From an uncultured delta proteobacterium (GTDB lineage: Bacteria; Myxococcota; Myxococcia; SLRQ01), in the NCBI GenBank assembly GCA_963727485.1, contig CAVSGM010000003.1:352001-416000 (forward strand): a DNA stretch of 64,000 bases, read 5' to 3'. The notes below the pieces were generated by a model, which saw nothing but the letters and a program-made list of their open reading frames with translations, was not told where the DNA came from and ran no database searches. Numbering within the stretch: the first letter of the stretch is position 1; the number at the start of each line of letters is the position of its first letter. Below are positions 43,493 through 54,952 of the stretch, in pieces. The position numbers and the translations under genes are program-made.

Positions 43493-44276
43493 GCGCCCGG
43501 GCCGAGCGGACGCAGGCCCGGGGCCGGCCGTTCAGGAGCCGCGACCCCTCGAGCCACCTGGGGTCGGGGGCGTAGGCGAAGAGCAGTCCCCCGTGCTTCA
43601 GGTCGTCGATGAGCAGGCGCGAGACGTCGTCGTCGACCGCCGGGCAGCCCCAGCTGCGCCCCAGCTCCCCGTGGGCCTCGATGAAGTCCTCGCTCACGTA
43701 CCAGGCGCCGTGGACCACGATCCGCCGTCGCGCCGCCTGGTCGTTGAAGCCGGGGTCGAGCCCCCGGAGCGCCAGCGAGTACCCGTGGCGTCCCTCGTAG
43801 GTCGCCGTGGCGAGGTAGAGCCCCAGGCTCGTCTGGAGGCTGTGCTCCCGGTTCGAGAACCGGGTGGGCGTGAGCTCCCCGCTCCCCCGCCCGTGGGCCA
43901 CCCGCAGGTGCAGGAGCAGCCGCCGGCGCACCAGGTCGAAGACCCACATCCGCCGCCGGGTCGACGGCAGCCCGTAGTCGATGACCGCCAGGGTGGGCCG
44001 GGGCGCCAGCCCCTCGGCGCGCACGTGGCGCACCGCGCGCAGGGCCAGGCGCAGGACCGCCGGCTTCAGCCCCGGCGCCTGGGCCAGGAGCGCCGGCGCC
44101 AGGGTGGCCCAGTCGATGCGCCGGTCCACCCGCACCCGCTCCGCGTGGGTCCAGCGTTGCGTCGGGGCGCCGGCGACCGCGGCCCGCCCCCCAAGGCCCA
44201 CCATTCCGCACACGAGCGCGGCGATCGCGAGCCGCAGCAAGGTCCGGGGGAGGTGGCGATCCCGAACCCGGCTCAA
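43455..44276 (-). CDS. Murein L,D-transpeptidase (YkuD_2 type)
   Basis: IDY.LPS...R.WV.D, VAHGRGSG, FSN...S..TSLG, IVVHGA.YV, GRSWGCPAV. Confidence 0.88.
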   Translation of the reverse strand: MSRVRDRHLPRTLLRLAIAALVCGMVGLGGRAAVAGAPTQRWTHAERVRVDRRIDWATLAPALLAQAPGLKPAVLRLALRAVRHVRAEGLAPRPTLAVIDYGLPSTRRRMWVFDLVRRRLLLHLRVAHGRGSGELTPTRFSNREHSLQTSLGLYLATATYEGRHGYSLALRGLDPGFNDQAARRRIVVHGAWYVSEDFIEAHGELGRSWGCPAVDDDVSRLLIDDLKHGGLLFAYAPDPRWLEGSRLLNGRPRACVRSARALSRASRPGPAGR

Positions 44277-44974
44277 GGCCCCCCCGAGCCGGGCGCCGCC
44301 GGCGGGCGGTGGGTCGCCGCGGGGAGGTCCCGGGGGGCCGGGGACGGCGTGACCTCGGGCGCCGGGCCGGTGAGGATGAGGCCGAGGCCCACCAGGAGCA
44401 TCCACAGGACCACGTCGCCGGTGACCGCCCGGTTCAGGTGCTTCCTGGCCTCGGCGGCCCCGGCGGCGAGGCGGTCGTTCACCACCGCCGCCACCGGGGA
44501 GAAGTCGGCGATCCCCCGGCGGGGCAAGAGGAAGATCTGGCCGTCCTCGTCGAGGAGGTAGATGGCCTCGGGGGCGGAGACCGCGAAGCGCATCCGCGCC
44601 CAGGGGCGCTCGAAGCGCCGGCCGCCGCCGTCCTCGACCACCAGGCCGAGGACGTCGACGGTGGCCCGGATGCGTCGCTCGTCCTCGGAGAGCATCGCGA
44701 ACACCCGGCGGCTCAGGGCGTGGCGCCTGGCGTAGAAGAAGTAGACCGTCAGCAGGCCCAGGCCCATGGCCAAGGCGACGATGAGCGGCCCCTGCACCGC
44801 CCAGCGATCGACGGCCAGCCGGGTCATGGCCCAGAGGATGATCCAGATGGCCACCGGCCACCGGAGACGCTCGGCGCGGACGCCGGGCATCGCCGTCATC
44901 GACTGGTAGAGGTCGTCCTCGGTGACCTCGTACTCGAGGACCAGGGGCGCCCCGAGAATCCACCGACCCGCTGG

Positions 44975-44978
<4 letters not shown>
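44273..44978 (-). CDS. YcxB-like membrane protein; one +1 frameshift at ~44958
   Basis: ATG overlaps the upstream stop; removing one base at GAATC 44956-44960 gives MTSGSVDLGAPLVLEYEVTEDDL; two TMs, then W..........YL........LPRR. Confidence 0.65.
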
Positions 44979-46792
<1,814 letters not shown>

Positions 46793-46899
46793 GAGGACCT
46801 CCTGAGTGCGGAAAAACGGCGCCCAGGAGCGCCGCGGACGGGGGGTCTCTATCATAGGAGCACGGGTTCGGCGAGCACGCCGGCGGGGGCGGGACCGCG

Positions 46900-46928
46900 T
46901 TGACGCGCTGCGTAACGCTGTCTATCGT
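46900..46928 (+). promoter_or_regulatory. sigma70-type promoter with overlapping palindrome (EMC operon 2)
   Basis: TTGACG-N17-TATCGT; contains TGACGC-GCT-GCGTAA; 22/29 identical to 39455-39483. Confidence 0.7.
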
Positions 46929-46991
46929 CCGCCTCACGCCGCCCGGCCGAGGGGCCGGCGCCTGGGAACCGCGAACGGAGGGGAGACGACG

Positions 46992-48023
46992 ATGGCCACC
47001 GAGGACAAGGGCTGGCGGGGGAACTTCTTCGAGGACTTCGAGCTGGGGCAGCGGATCGTCTGCCCCACGCCGCGGCGGCTCACCGAGGGCGACGTGGCCG
47101 CCTACCTGGCGCTCACCGGCGACCGGACCCCGGGGTTCTGCGGGGCCGACGCGGTGATCCATCCGCTCATCGTCTTCCACGCGGTGATGGGCCAGACCGT
47201 GCGCCCCATCTCGCTGAACGCCCGGGCGAACCTCGGCTACGCGGGGATGGTCTTCCGCCGCCCGGTGCGCGTGGGCGCCACCCTCACCACCACCGTGGAG
47301 ATCCTCGGCCTCAAGGAGAACTCCAGCAGGAAGACCGGCATCGTGTGGGTGCGCACCGAGGGGCGCGACGACGACGGTGAGAGGGTCCTCGACTACGTGC
47401 GCTGGGTGATGGTCCACAAGCGCGGCGAGGCGGAGACGAGGTGGCTCGCCGAGCCGGTGGTCCCCGAGCTCCCCAAGGTGGTGGCGCCGGCCGAGCTGCC
47501 CACCGGCCACCTCGCCCTGCCCACCGCCGAGGCCACCGGCGGCCGGTTCTTCTTCGAGGACTACGAAGAGGGCGAGCGCATCCACCACGTGGACGGGCAG
47601 ACGGTGAACCACTCGGACCACATGAGCTTCACCCGCCTGTTCCAGAACAGCGCCAAGGTCCACTTCGACGCCCGGCTCACCGGCGGCGACCCCCTGGTCT
47701 ACGGCGGCTACCCCATCTCGCTGGGCTACGCCCAGGCGTTCAACGGCCTGGAGAACCGGGTGGGCCTCGCCGCCATCAACGGCGGCACCCACGCGAACCC
47801 GGTCCACGCCGGCGACACCCTCTACAGCTTCACCGACGTGGTCGCCAAGGACGACCTCGGCGACGCGCCGGTCGGCGCCCTGCGCTGCCGGCTCCTGGTG
47901 GTGAAGAACCTCGACCTCGCCGAGCGCCCCGACTTCGATCCCAGGCCCGGGGGCAAGCACGACCCGGCGGTGGTCCTCGATCTCGACCTCTGGGAGCGGG
48001 TGGTGAAGCAGGGGGCCGCCTGA
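46992..48023 (+). CDS. mch: Mesaconyl-C1-CoA hydratase (double MaoC/hot-dog)
   Basis: Two FFED(F/Y) repeats, ISLNA.ANLGYA, ENSS.KTGIVWV, QN.AKVHFD, LVYGG, INGG.H.NP..AGDT. Confidence 0.88.
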   Translation: MATEDKGWRGNFFEDFELGQRIVCPTPRRLTEGDVAAYLALTGDRTPGFCGADAVIHPLIVFHAVMGQTVRPISLNARANLGYAGMVFRRPVRVGATLTTTVEILGLKENSSRKTGIVWVRTEGRDDDGERVLDYVRWVMVHKRGEAETRWLAEPVVPELPKVVAPAELPTGHLALPTAEATGGRFFFEDYEEGERIHHVDGQTVNHSDHMSFTRLFQNSAKVHFDARLTGGDPLVYGGYPISLGYAQAFNGLENRVGLAAINGGTHANPVHAGDTLYSFTDVVAKDDLGDAPVGALRCRLLVVKNLDLAERPDFDPRPGGKHDPAVVLDLDLWERVVKQGAA

Positions 48024-49933
48024 TGCGCCTCGGCGACCGGCCTCCCTGGATCGTGCGCACCTACGCGGGCTTCGGCGACGCCGAGGCCACCAACGCGCGC
48101 TACCGGGCGAACCTCGACCGGGGCCAGCGGGGGCTCTCGGTGGCCTTCGATCTGCCCACCCAGAACGGCTACGACGCCGACGACCCGCTCGCCGCCGGCG
48201 AGGTCGGGGGCACCGGGGTCGCCATCAGCCACCTCGGCGATCTGGCGCGGCTCTTCGAGGGCATCCCGCTGGGCGAGGTGAACACCTCGATGACCATCAA
48301 CGCCACCGCCCCCTGGCTCTACGCCCTCTACCTGGCGCTGGCGGAGCAGGAGGGGGTGCCCTGGGGGGTGCTCCGGGGCACCACCCAGAACGACCTGATC
48401 AAGGAGTTCGTGGCCCGGGGCACCTACGTCTTCGACCCGGAGACCAGCCTGCGCCTCTCCCGGGACCTGACCACCTTCGCGGTGACGCACACCCCCAAGT
48501 GGAACCCGGTGAACGCCTGCGGCTACCACTACATGGAGTCGGGGGCGACGCCGGCGGAGGAGGTGGGCTTCGCCATCGGCGGGGCGGTGCTCCTCCTCGA
48601 CGCCATCCGCCCCAGGCTCGAGGCCGAGGCCTTCACCCGGGTGGTGGCCCGGATCAGCTTCTTCGTGAACAGCGGCATCGAGCTGGTCCCGGAGATCGCC
48701 AAGCTCCGGGCCTACCGCAAGCTGTGGCAGCGCACCTGCGAAGCGCGCTACGGGGTGCCCGACGTGCCGTTTCGCGCCGGTTGCCAGGTGCGGTCGCTGA
48801 CCCTGACCGCCGCCGAGCCCGAGGTGAACATCGTGCGCATCGCCTACGAGGCCCTGCCCGCGGTGCTCTCGGCCTCGGCCCGGGTGGGGGCGCTGCAGCT
48901 CCCGGGGTTCCGCGAGGCCCTGCAGCTGCCCACCGAGAGCGAGCAGGTGCTCTCCCTGCGCACCCAGCAGGTCCTGATGTACGAGACCGGCCTCGGCGAC
49001 TGGGGCGACATCTTCGAGGGCTCCACCATCGTCGAGCGTCTCACCGACGAGACCGTCGCCGCCGCCGCCGCGGTGGTGGAGAAGATGGTCGGGCTCGGCT
49101 ACGCCGGATCCATCCCCTACCTCTCCCGGCGGCTCACCGAGGGGCTCGTCTCCTGGCGGCGGAAGGTCGACGCCGGGGAGCAGGTGTGGATCGGGGTCAA
49201 CGCCTTCGAGGACCCGGTGGACCTGGTGCCCACCGGAGGCGCCGAGCGCGAGGGCGCCGACCCCGAGGCGGTGAGCCGGCACCTCGAGCGCCTCGCGGCC
49301 CACCGGCGCACCCGCGACGCCGCCCGGGTCGAGGCCGCCCGCGCCGCCCTCGCCGAGGCGGTGCGCGCCGGTGACAACGTCCTCCCGGCGTCCATCGAGC
49401 TGGCCCGGGCCGGGGGCACCACCGGCGAGTGGACCGCCACCATCGAGGCGGTGGTGGGGACCCGCTACGCGGCGCCGCTCGGGGCCGAGGGCGGCGGCGG
49501 CGAGGACCTGGGCGTCCCCCGGGCCCCGCGTCCCCTGCGGGTGGTGCTCGCCAAGAGCGGCCTCGACGGCCACGTGAACGCGGTGAAGCTCCTCGCCGCG
49601 GCCTGCAGCCAGGCGGGGATGGAGGTCGTCTACACCGGCCTCAAGCAGACCCCCGAGGCCATCGTCGCCACCGCCCTCCAGGAGGACGCGGACCTGGTGG
49701 GCATCTCCAGCCTCTCCGGGAGCCACCTGCACATCGCCCGGGAGGTGATGCGGCTGCTCGGGGAGAAGGGCGCCACCGACCTCCCGGTGATCCTCGGGGG
49801 CATCGTCCCCGAGGCCGACCGCGCGCCCCTCGAGGCCATGGGCATCCGCGCGGTCTTCACCCCCGCCGACGCCCGGGTCGGGGAGATTGTCCAGCGGATC
49901 ATCGATCTCGCCCTCGCCGCCCGCCCGGGATGA
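48023..49933 (+). CDS. ecm: Ethylmalonyl-CoA mutase (MeaA/Ecm), B12-dependent
   Basis: PW..RTYAG, GLSVAFDLPTQ.GYD, NTSMTINATA, GTTQND..KE; Ecm-type Gly (FRAGCQV) and Pro (LQLP) where methylmalonyl-CoA mutases have His/Asn; C-terminal DGH and SSLSGSH B12 domain. Confidence 0.85.
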   Translation: MRLGDRPPWIVRTYAGFGDAEATNARYRANLDRGQRGLSVAFDLPTQNGYDADDPLAAGEVGGTGVAISHLGDLARLFEGIPLGEVNTSMTINATAPWLYALYLALAEQEGVPWGVLRGTTQNDLIKEFVARGTYVFDPETSLRLSRDLTTFAVTHTPKWNPVNACGYHYMESGATPAEEVGFAIGGAVLLLDAIRPRLEAEAFTRVVARISFFVNSGIELVPEIAKLRAYRKLWQRTCEARYGVPDVPFRAGCQVRSLTLTAAEPEVNIVRIAYEALPAVLSASARVGALQLPGFREALQLPTESEQVLSLRTQQVLMYETGLGDWGDIFEGSTIVERLTDETVAAAAAVVEKMVGLGYAGSIPYLSRRLTEGLVSWRRKVDAGEQVWIGVNAFEDPVDLVPTGGAEREGADPEAVSRHLERLAAHRRTRDAARVEAARAALAEAVRAGDNVLPASIELARAGGTTGEWTATIEAVVGTRYAAPLGAEGGGGEDLGVPRAPRPLRVVLAKSGLDGHVNAVKLLAAACSQAGMEVVYTGLKQTPEAIVATALQEDADLVGISSLSGSHLHIAREVMRLLGEKGATDLPVILGGIVPEADRAPLEAMGIRAVFTPADARVGEIVQRIIDLALAARPG

Positions 49934-49942
49934 CCGGCGCCC

Positions 49943-50038
49943 TCCGGCGCCCTGGCCGGCGGCACCGGACGGCCCCGGGGCGGCGGGACATGACGGCGCC
50001 GGGGGAGCGGAACCTGACGTCCCCGGGGCGGCGGGACT
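49943..50038 (+). repeat. Three to four imperfect 24-bp tandem repeats, intergenic
   Basis: Units 49967-49990, 49991-50014 and 50015-50038 (first and third 21/24 identical), plus a weaker unit at 49943-49966. Confidence 0.6.
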
Positions 50039-50049
50039 ATGCTCCGGCC

Positions 50050-50709
50050 ATGCGCCGCACCCGCCTGCCCCTCGTCGCCCTCGCCGCCGCCCTCGGTCTC
50101 GCCTCCACCGCCTGCGGGGTCCAGAGCGCCCCCACCACCGGCGACCTCACCCTCCACTACACCTTCGACCAGCAGACCTGCGACGCCGCCGGGGTCACCG
50201 AGATCGACATCACCGTGGACGGGGTGTCGGTCAGCGACGGGGCGACCCTCAAGGTCGACTGCGCCACCTACGCCGCCGGCGCCGCCATCCAGGCCCTGTC
50301 GCTGGGCACCTACTCGGTGGAGATCCAGGGCCTCGACGGGAGCGGGAACGTCCTCTACGACCTCGGCGCCCAGACCGTGGACCTCAAGGGCGGGAGCAAC
50401 GTGTTCAGCTTCGACCTCCCGGCGGTGACCGGGAAGCTGACCCTCTACTGGCTCTTCGCCGGCAGCTCCGCCTGCGGCCAGGTGGCCCAGGTCCACGTGG
50501 TGGTGCTCGATCCCCAGGGCAGCAGCTTCGACGACCAGACCTACCCCTGCACCGACGCCGGGATCGTGTACGACGCCGCGGCCGCCGGGACCTACACCGT
50601 GAGCATGCAGGGCCTCGACAGCACCAACCGGGTCCTCTACAGCGCCTCGGACAAGACGGTGCAGGTCCTCGCCGGCCAGGACAACCAGTACCAGATCCAG
50701 CTCAACTGA
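50050..50709 (+). CDS. Lipoprotein with two tandem disulfide-containing beta-sandwich-like domains
   Basis: Lipobox STAC; two copies of G.LTL...F....C...V......C...G......GTY.V..QGLD....VLY. Confidence 0.78.
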   Translation: MRRTRLPLVALAAALGLASTACGVQSAPTTGDLTLHYTFDQQTCDAAGVTEIDITVDGVSVSDGATLKVDCATYAAGAAIQALSLGTYSVEIQGLDGSGNVLYDLGAQTVDLKGGSNVFSFDLPAVTGKLTLYWLFAGSSACGQVAQVHVVVLDPQGSSFDDQTYPCTDAGIVYDAAAAGTYTVSMQGLDSTNRVLYSASDKTVQVLAGQDNQYQIQLN

Positions 50710-50865
50710 CGGCGCCGGCGGGCGAGGGGCCCGGCCCCGGGGGGATCCCCGGCACCCCGCGCCCGCCCTGGTCGAAGGCCCCCGGCCGCACTATGCTGAT
50801 CGCGCTCCGGGGGCCCGGCGTGGGGCGCGCCCGCGGCCGGTGGCTCCCCGGGCGAAGGACGCACC

Positions 50866-52587
50866 ATGCAAGCCACCGCCGCCCCGACCCATCCCCCCGA
50901 GTCGAAGCACGCCGACCTCGACCGCTCCATCGGCATCCTCCAGGAGCACAAGGACGCCTGGGCGTCGCTCCCCCTCGACCGGCGGATCCGCTACCTCCGG
51001 GGTCTGCTCGACGGCTCGGCCAAGGTCGCCGAGCGCCACGTCCGGGCCGCCTGCGCCGCCAAGGGCATCCCCTTCGACGCCCCGGTCGCCGGCGAGGAGT
51101 GGCTCGCCGGGCCGGTGATCCAGGTGCGGGTCATCCGCCTGCTCCTCGAGACCCTGGAGAAGCTCGCCCGTGAGGACGGGCCGAGCCTGCACCCGGGGGC
51201 CATCCACCCCCGCCCCGACGGGCAGACCACCGTCGACGTCTTTCCCCTGACCACCCTCGACAAGCTCCTCTACCAGGGGTTCACCGCGCGCATCTGGCTC
51301 CCCCACGGCGTCGGTCCCGGCGAGGTCACCGACCACATGGCGGCCTTCTACCGGGAGGCCGGCCCCAAGGGGAAGGTGGCCCTGGTCCTCGGCGCCGGGA
51401 ACGTGGCGAGCATCGGGCCCCTGGATCTGGTCCACAAGCTCTTCGTCGAGGGGCAGGTGGGGCTGCTCAAGTTCAACCCGGTCAACGACTACACCGGGCC
51501 CTTCGTGGAGGAGGCCTTCGCCGAGCTCATCCGCGACGGCTTCGTCCAGACCTGCTACGGCGGCGGCGACGTCGGCGAGTACCTCACCCAGCACCCGGGG
51601 ATCGACGAGATCCACATGACCGGCAGCGACCGCACCCACGACGCCATCGTCTTCGGCGTCGGCGACGAGGGGAAGCGCCGAAAGGCCGCGAACGACCCGC
51701 GGATCACCAAGCGCATCACCTCCGAGCTGGGGAACGTCAGCCCCATCATCGTGGTGCCCGGCGAGTGGTCGACGGCGGACATCGACTTCCACGCCCAGAA
51801 CGTCGCCACCCAGCTGGCCCAGAACGTGGGCTTCAACTGCAACGCCGCCCGGGTGATCATCACCCACGCCGACTGGCCCCAGCGCAAGGTCTTCATCGAG
51901 CGGATCGGGCAGGTCCTGGCCTCGCTCCCCCAGCGGCCCGCCTACTACCCGGGCGCCGAGGGGCGCCTCGACAGGTTCATCGGCGCCCACCCCGACACCG
52001 CGGTGAAGGTGGGCAAGCGCGAGGGGCAGGTGCTCCCCTGGACCCTGCTCCCCTCGGTGGACGCCTCGAACCCCGGCGACATCACCTTCACCACCGAGGC
52101 CTTCGCCCCGGTGACCGCCGAGACGCCGCTTTCGGCCGAGAGCCCGGCGGCGTTCCTGGAGAAGGCGGTGGCGTTCGCCAACGACACCCTCTGGGGCACC
52201 CTCAACGCCGAGGTCATCATCGACCCGGCGGCGGCGGCGCGCCTGGCCGCCGAGCTCGATCAGGCCCTCGCCGATCTGCGCTATGGGAGCGTGGCGGTGA
52301 ACCACTGGCCGGCCCTCTCCTACGCGCTGGGGAGCACCAGCTGGGGCGCCTTCCCGGGCCACACCCTCGACGACATCCAGAGCGGCATCGGGGCGGTGCA
52401 CAACACCCTGCTCTTCGACGCGCCGGAGAAGACGGTCATCCACGGGCCCTTCCGGGTCAGGCCCAAGCCGCCCTGGTTCGTGACCCACGCCCGGGCCCAC
52501 GAGGTCGCCCGGCGGATGCTCACCCTCGAGCACCGGCCGTCGATGGCGAAGGTGCCGGGCCTGCTCCTCCAGGCGATCCGCGGCTGA
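50866..52587 (+). CDS. Divergent aldehyde dehydrogenase-family protein
   Basis: LGAGN, LK.NPVN, HMTGS, ELGNVSP, GFNC, EAFAP, LWGTL. Confidence 0.8.
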   Translation: MQATAAPTHPPESKHADLDRSIGILQEHKDAWASLPLDRRIRYLRGLLDGSAKVAERHVRAACAAKGIPFDAPVAGEEWLAGPVIQVRVIRLLLETLEKLAREDGPSLHPGAIHPRPDGQTTVDVFPLTTLDKLLYQGFTARIWLPHGVGPGEVTDHMAAFYREAGPKGKVALVLGAGNVASIGPLDLVHKLFVEGQVGLLKFNPVNDYTGPFVEEAFAELIRDGFVQTCYGGGDVGEYLTQHPGIDEIHMTGSDRTHDAIVFGVGDEGKRRKAANDPRITKRITSELGNVSPIIVVPGEWSTADIDFHAQNVATQLAQNVGFNCNAARVIITHADWPQRKVFIERIGQVLASLPQRPAYYPGAEGRLDRFIGAHPDTAVKVGKREGQVLPWTLLPSVDASNPGDITFTTEAFAPVTAETPLSAESPAAFLEKAVAFANDTLWGTLNAEVIIDPAAAARLAAELDQALADLRYGSVAVNHWPALSYALGSTSWGAFPGHTLDDIQSGIGAVHNTLLFDAPEKTVIHGPFRVRPKPPWFVTHARAHEVARRMLTLEHRPSMAKVPGLLLQAIRG

Positions 52588-52621
52588 CGGCGCGGCCGGT
52601 GGCGGGCGCGCGGCCCCGGCG

Positions 52622-52949
52622 TCAGTCCCCGACGCCGGGGAAGTGGTGCACGTACTTCACCCGGAGATCGGGGAAGTGCTTCACCACCTGCACCTTGAGG
52701 TCGGGGAAGTGCTTCACCCGCTGCCACTTCCCGCACTGGTCGGGGAAGTGCTCGACCTGCTCCACCTTGAGGTCGGGGAAGTGGTCCACGATCTGGATCT
52801 TCAGAATCGGGGAAGTGCTTCACGAACTCGATCTTGCCCCAGAGCTTGTGGCCCTTGTAGGTGCAGTCGGGGCCGACCTTGCCGGCCAGCGCCGCGGAGC
52901 TCGCGGTGACGAAGACGAGGGCGAGGAGCGCCCGGACCAGCCTGCGCAT
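52622..52949 (-). CDS. Small secreted (V)xHFPD-repeat protein, candidate 7(1)-knot family; one +1 frameshift at ~52806
   Basis: GGAGG RBS; after removing one base at GAATC 52804-52808: MRRLVRALLALVFVTASSAALA-GKVGPDCTYKGHKLWGKIEFVKHFPDLKIQIVDHFPDLKVEQVEHFPDQCGKWQRVKHFPDLKVQVVKHFPDLRVKYVHHFPGVGD. Confidence 0.8.
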
Positions 52950-53049
52950 CGTGGCCTCCCTGGCGATGCGGGTGAGCCTCGGTTGTAGCGACTCGGGGGC
53001 GGCGTCGGCAAGGGGACCTACGGCTCCCGGGGTCGTGTACCCTGGCACG

Positions 53050-54438
53050 ATGGCGGAGCTCGGCGAGGCGGCGGAGCCGGCGCAGCGGCCGGCCGGGGAG
53101 GACGGCGAGGGCGCCGGGGGAGGGGATCCGGCCCGCCCCGCCGCCGGCGACCTCGCCATCACCCTCGGCGGCCTCGAGCGCTTCTGGCGCGAGCACGTGG
53201 TCTACGCGGACTGGACCGCCGAGGAGGAGCGCGCCTTCCGGGTCCAGGCCCGGAAGGTCACCGCCGGCCTGCTTACCGGCTTCCTCCTCGCGGGCCTCCT
53301 CGCCCTGGTGCTCACCTGGCCCACCGACGAGGTCCTCCTCCGGGGCCGGGTGCCGGCCCTGGCCTTCAACCTCTGGCGCTCGGTGTTCCTGGTTACCGGC
53401 TCGCTGCTGGTGCTCATCCTCCGGCTGCCGCGCCTCGCGGAGGCCGGCTGGACCCACCCGGTGGCCATCGCCGTCCTCCTCCTCGACGCCGCGGTCGCCG
53501 GCTACGCCAGCGGGTGGATGGGCGGGCTGCACCTGCCCTACTTCTACATCGTCTACGCCCTGGGCGGGGTGGGGCTGGTGTTCCACATCCGCCTCCTCAA
53601 CCGGATGCTGGTCACCTTCGGCCTCACCGTCGCCTTCGCCGGCGCCTTCTTCCTGCCCTTCCCGGCGAACCTCGAGGGGCCGTTCCTGGTGTCGGTGGGC
53701 CTGGTGGTCGGGGTCCTCGATCTCCTCTTCATCTGCATCGGCCACTTCATCTACGACCAGAGCCGGGTGAACTTCCGGCAGCGCCTCGCCATCGAGGAGG
53801 CCCACGACCGGAACGAGGCGCTGCTCCTCAACATCCTCCCGGCGCCGATCGCCGATCGCCTCCGCGCCGAGCAGCGCCCCATCGCCGACGCCTTCCCCGC
53901 GGTCACCGTCCTCTTCGCCGACATCGTGGGCTTCACTCCGCTCTCCGACGCCCTGCCGCCGGAGCAGCTGGTGGCCTTCCTCAACCGCCTCTTCTCCGCC
54001 TTCGATGGCCTGGTCGACCGCCACGGCCTGGAGAAGATCAAGACCATCGGCGACGCCTACATGGTGGTCGGCGGGCTCCCGGCGCCGCGGCCCGATCACG
54101 CCGAGGCGGTGGGCTCCCTGGCCCTGGAGATGCTGGAGACCGCGGCGGCGCTCGAGGGCCCCGACGGCACCCCGGTGCGCCTGCGCATCGGCATCCACAC
54201 CGGCCCCGCCGTCGCCGGGGTCATCGGGGTGCGCAAGTTCAGCTATGACCTCTGGGGCGACACGGTGAACACCGCCAGCCGCATGGAGTCCCACGGGGTC
54301 CCCGGGCGGATCTGCGTGTCGGAACAGACCTTCCACGCCCTCGAGGGGCGCTTCTGCTTCGAGCCCCGGGGCGAGGTCGAGGTCAAGGGCAAGGGGCGCC
54401 TCGCCACCTGGCTCCTCACCCGGCGCCGGACCGGGTAG
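53050..54438 (+). CDS. Membrane class III adenylate cyclase
   Basis: About 6 TMs, LL.NILP..IA, LFADIVGFT, KIKTIGDAYM, YDLWGDTVNTASRMES; the Lys/Asp pair suggests ATP specificity. Confidence 0.92.
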   Translation: MAELGEAAEPAQRPAGEDGEGAGGGDPARPAAGDLAITLGGLERFWREHVVYADWTAEEERAFRVQARKVTAGLLTGFLLAGLLALVLTWPTDEVLLRGRVPALAFNLWRSVFLVTGSLLVLILRLPRLAEAGWTHPVAIAVLLLDAAVAGYASGWMGGLHLPYFYIVYALGGVGLVFHIRLLNRMLVTFGLTVAFAGAFFLPFPANLEGPFLVSVGLVVGVLDLLFICIGHFIYDQSRVNFRQRLAIEEAHDRNEALLLNILPAPIADRLRAEQRPIADAFPAVTVLFADIVGFTPLSDALPPEQLVAFLNRLFSAFDGLVDRHGLEKIKTIGDAYMVVGGLPAPRPDHAEAVGSLALEMLETAAALEGPDGTPVRLRIGIHTGPAVAGVIGVRKFSYDLWGDTVNTASRMESHGVPGRICVSEQTFHALEGRFCFEPRGEVEVKGKGRLATWLLTRRRTG

Positions 54439-54922
54439 CCCGCCGCGGGGCAAGTCGTCGCTGCGACCAGAGGAAGAGCGCCACCCCGCCGACGATGCAG
54501 ATGTCGGCGACGTTGAACACCGGCCAGTGGTGCAGGTGGATGAAGTCGACCACGTGGCCCACGGTGATCCGGTCGAGGAGGTTGCCGGCGTCGCCGGCGA
54601 GGACCAGGGCGCAGGCGAGCTGCTCCAGCCCCGAGGCCTCGCCCCGGCGCCGGCGCACCACCCAGAACCCGGCGACGCCCAGCCCGAGCAAGAGCTCCAG
54701 GCCGAGGATCAGCGGGAAGCGCGCGGGCTCGGGCACCAGGCGCAGGAGGCCGAAGCTCACGTCGCGGTTCTCGGTGTAGGCGAGGTCGAGGAACCCCGGG
54801 ACCACCGGCACCGGGGCCCGGGCCTCGAGGCGGGTGACCGCGAGGTGCTTGGTGACGTGGTCGCAGCCGACCAGGCCGACCATGAGCGCCGCGAGGACGA
54901 GAAGGGACAGGTGCTTGCGCAT
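54416..54922 (-). CDS. lspA: Lipoprotein signal peptidase II
   Basis: D..TK, N...SFG, GNLLDR...G.VVDFI, WPVFNVAD. Confidence 0.88.
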   Translation of the reverse strand: MRKHLSLLVLAALMVGLVGCDHVTKHLAVTRLEARAPVPVVPGFLDLAYTENRDVSFGLLRLVPEPARFPLILGLELLLGLGVAGFWVVRRRRGEASGLEQLACALVLAGDAGNLLDRITVGHVVDFIHLHHWPVFNVADICIVGGVALFLWSQRRLAPRRATRSGAG

Positions 54923-54952
54923 GGAGGCCTCCGCGCCGGCGAGTCTACCGCT

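Noticed and set aside
48023..49933. Calling the mutase methylmalonyl-CoA mutase
   Set aside because: It has RTYAG, the Gly/Pro specificity residues and a short N-terminus, and it neighbours mch, all favouring Ecm.
52630..52820. Regularly spaced GGGGAAGTG DNA repeats resembling a CRISPR array
   Set aside because: The period is ~33-39 bp with similar, not unique, intervening sequence; it encodes HFP protein repeats on the minus strand; no cas genes nearby.
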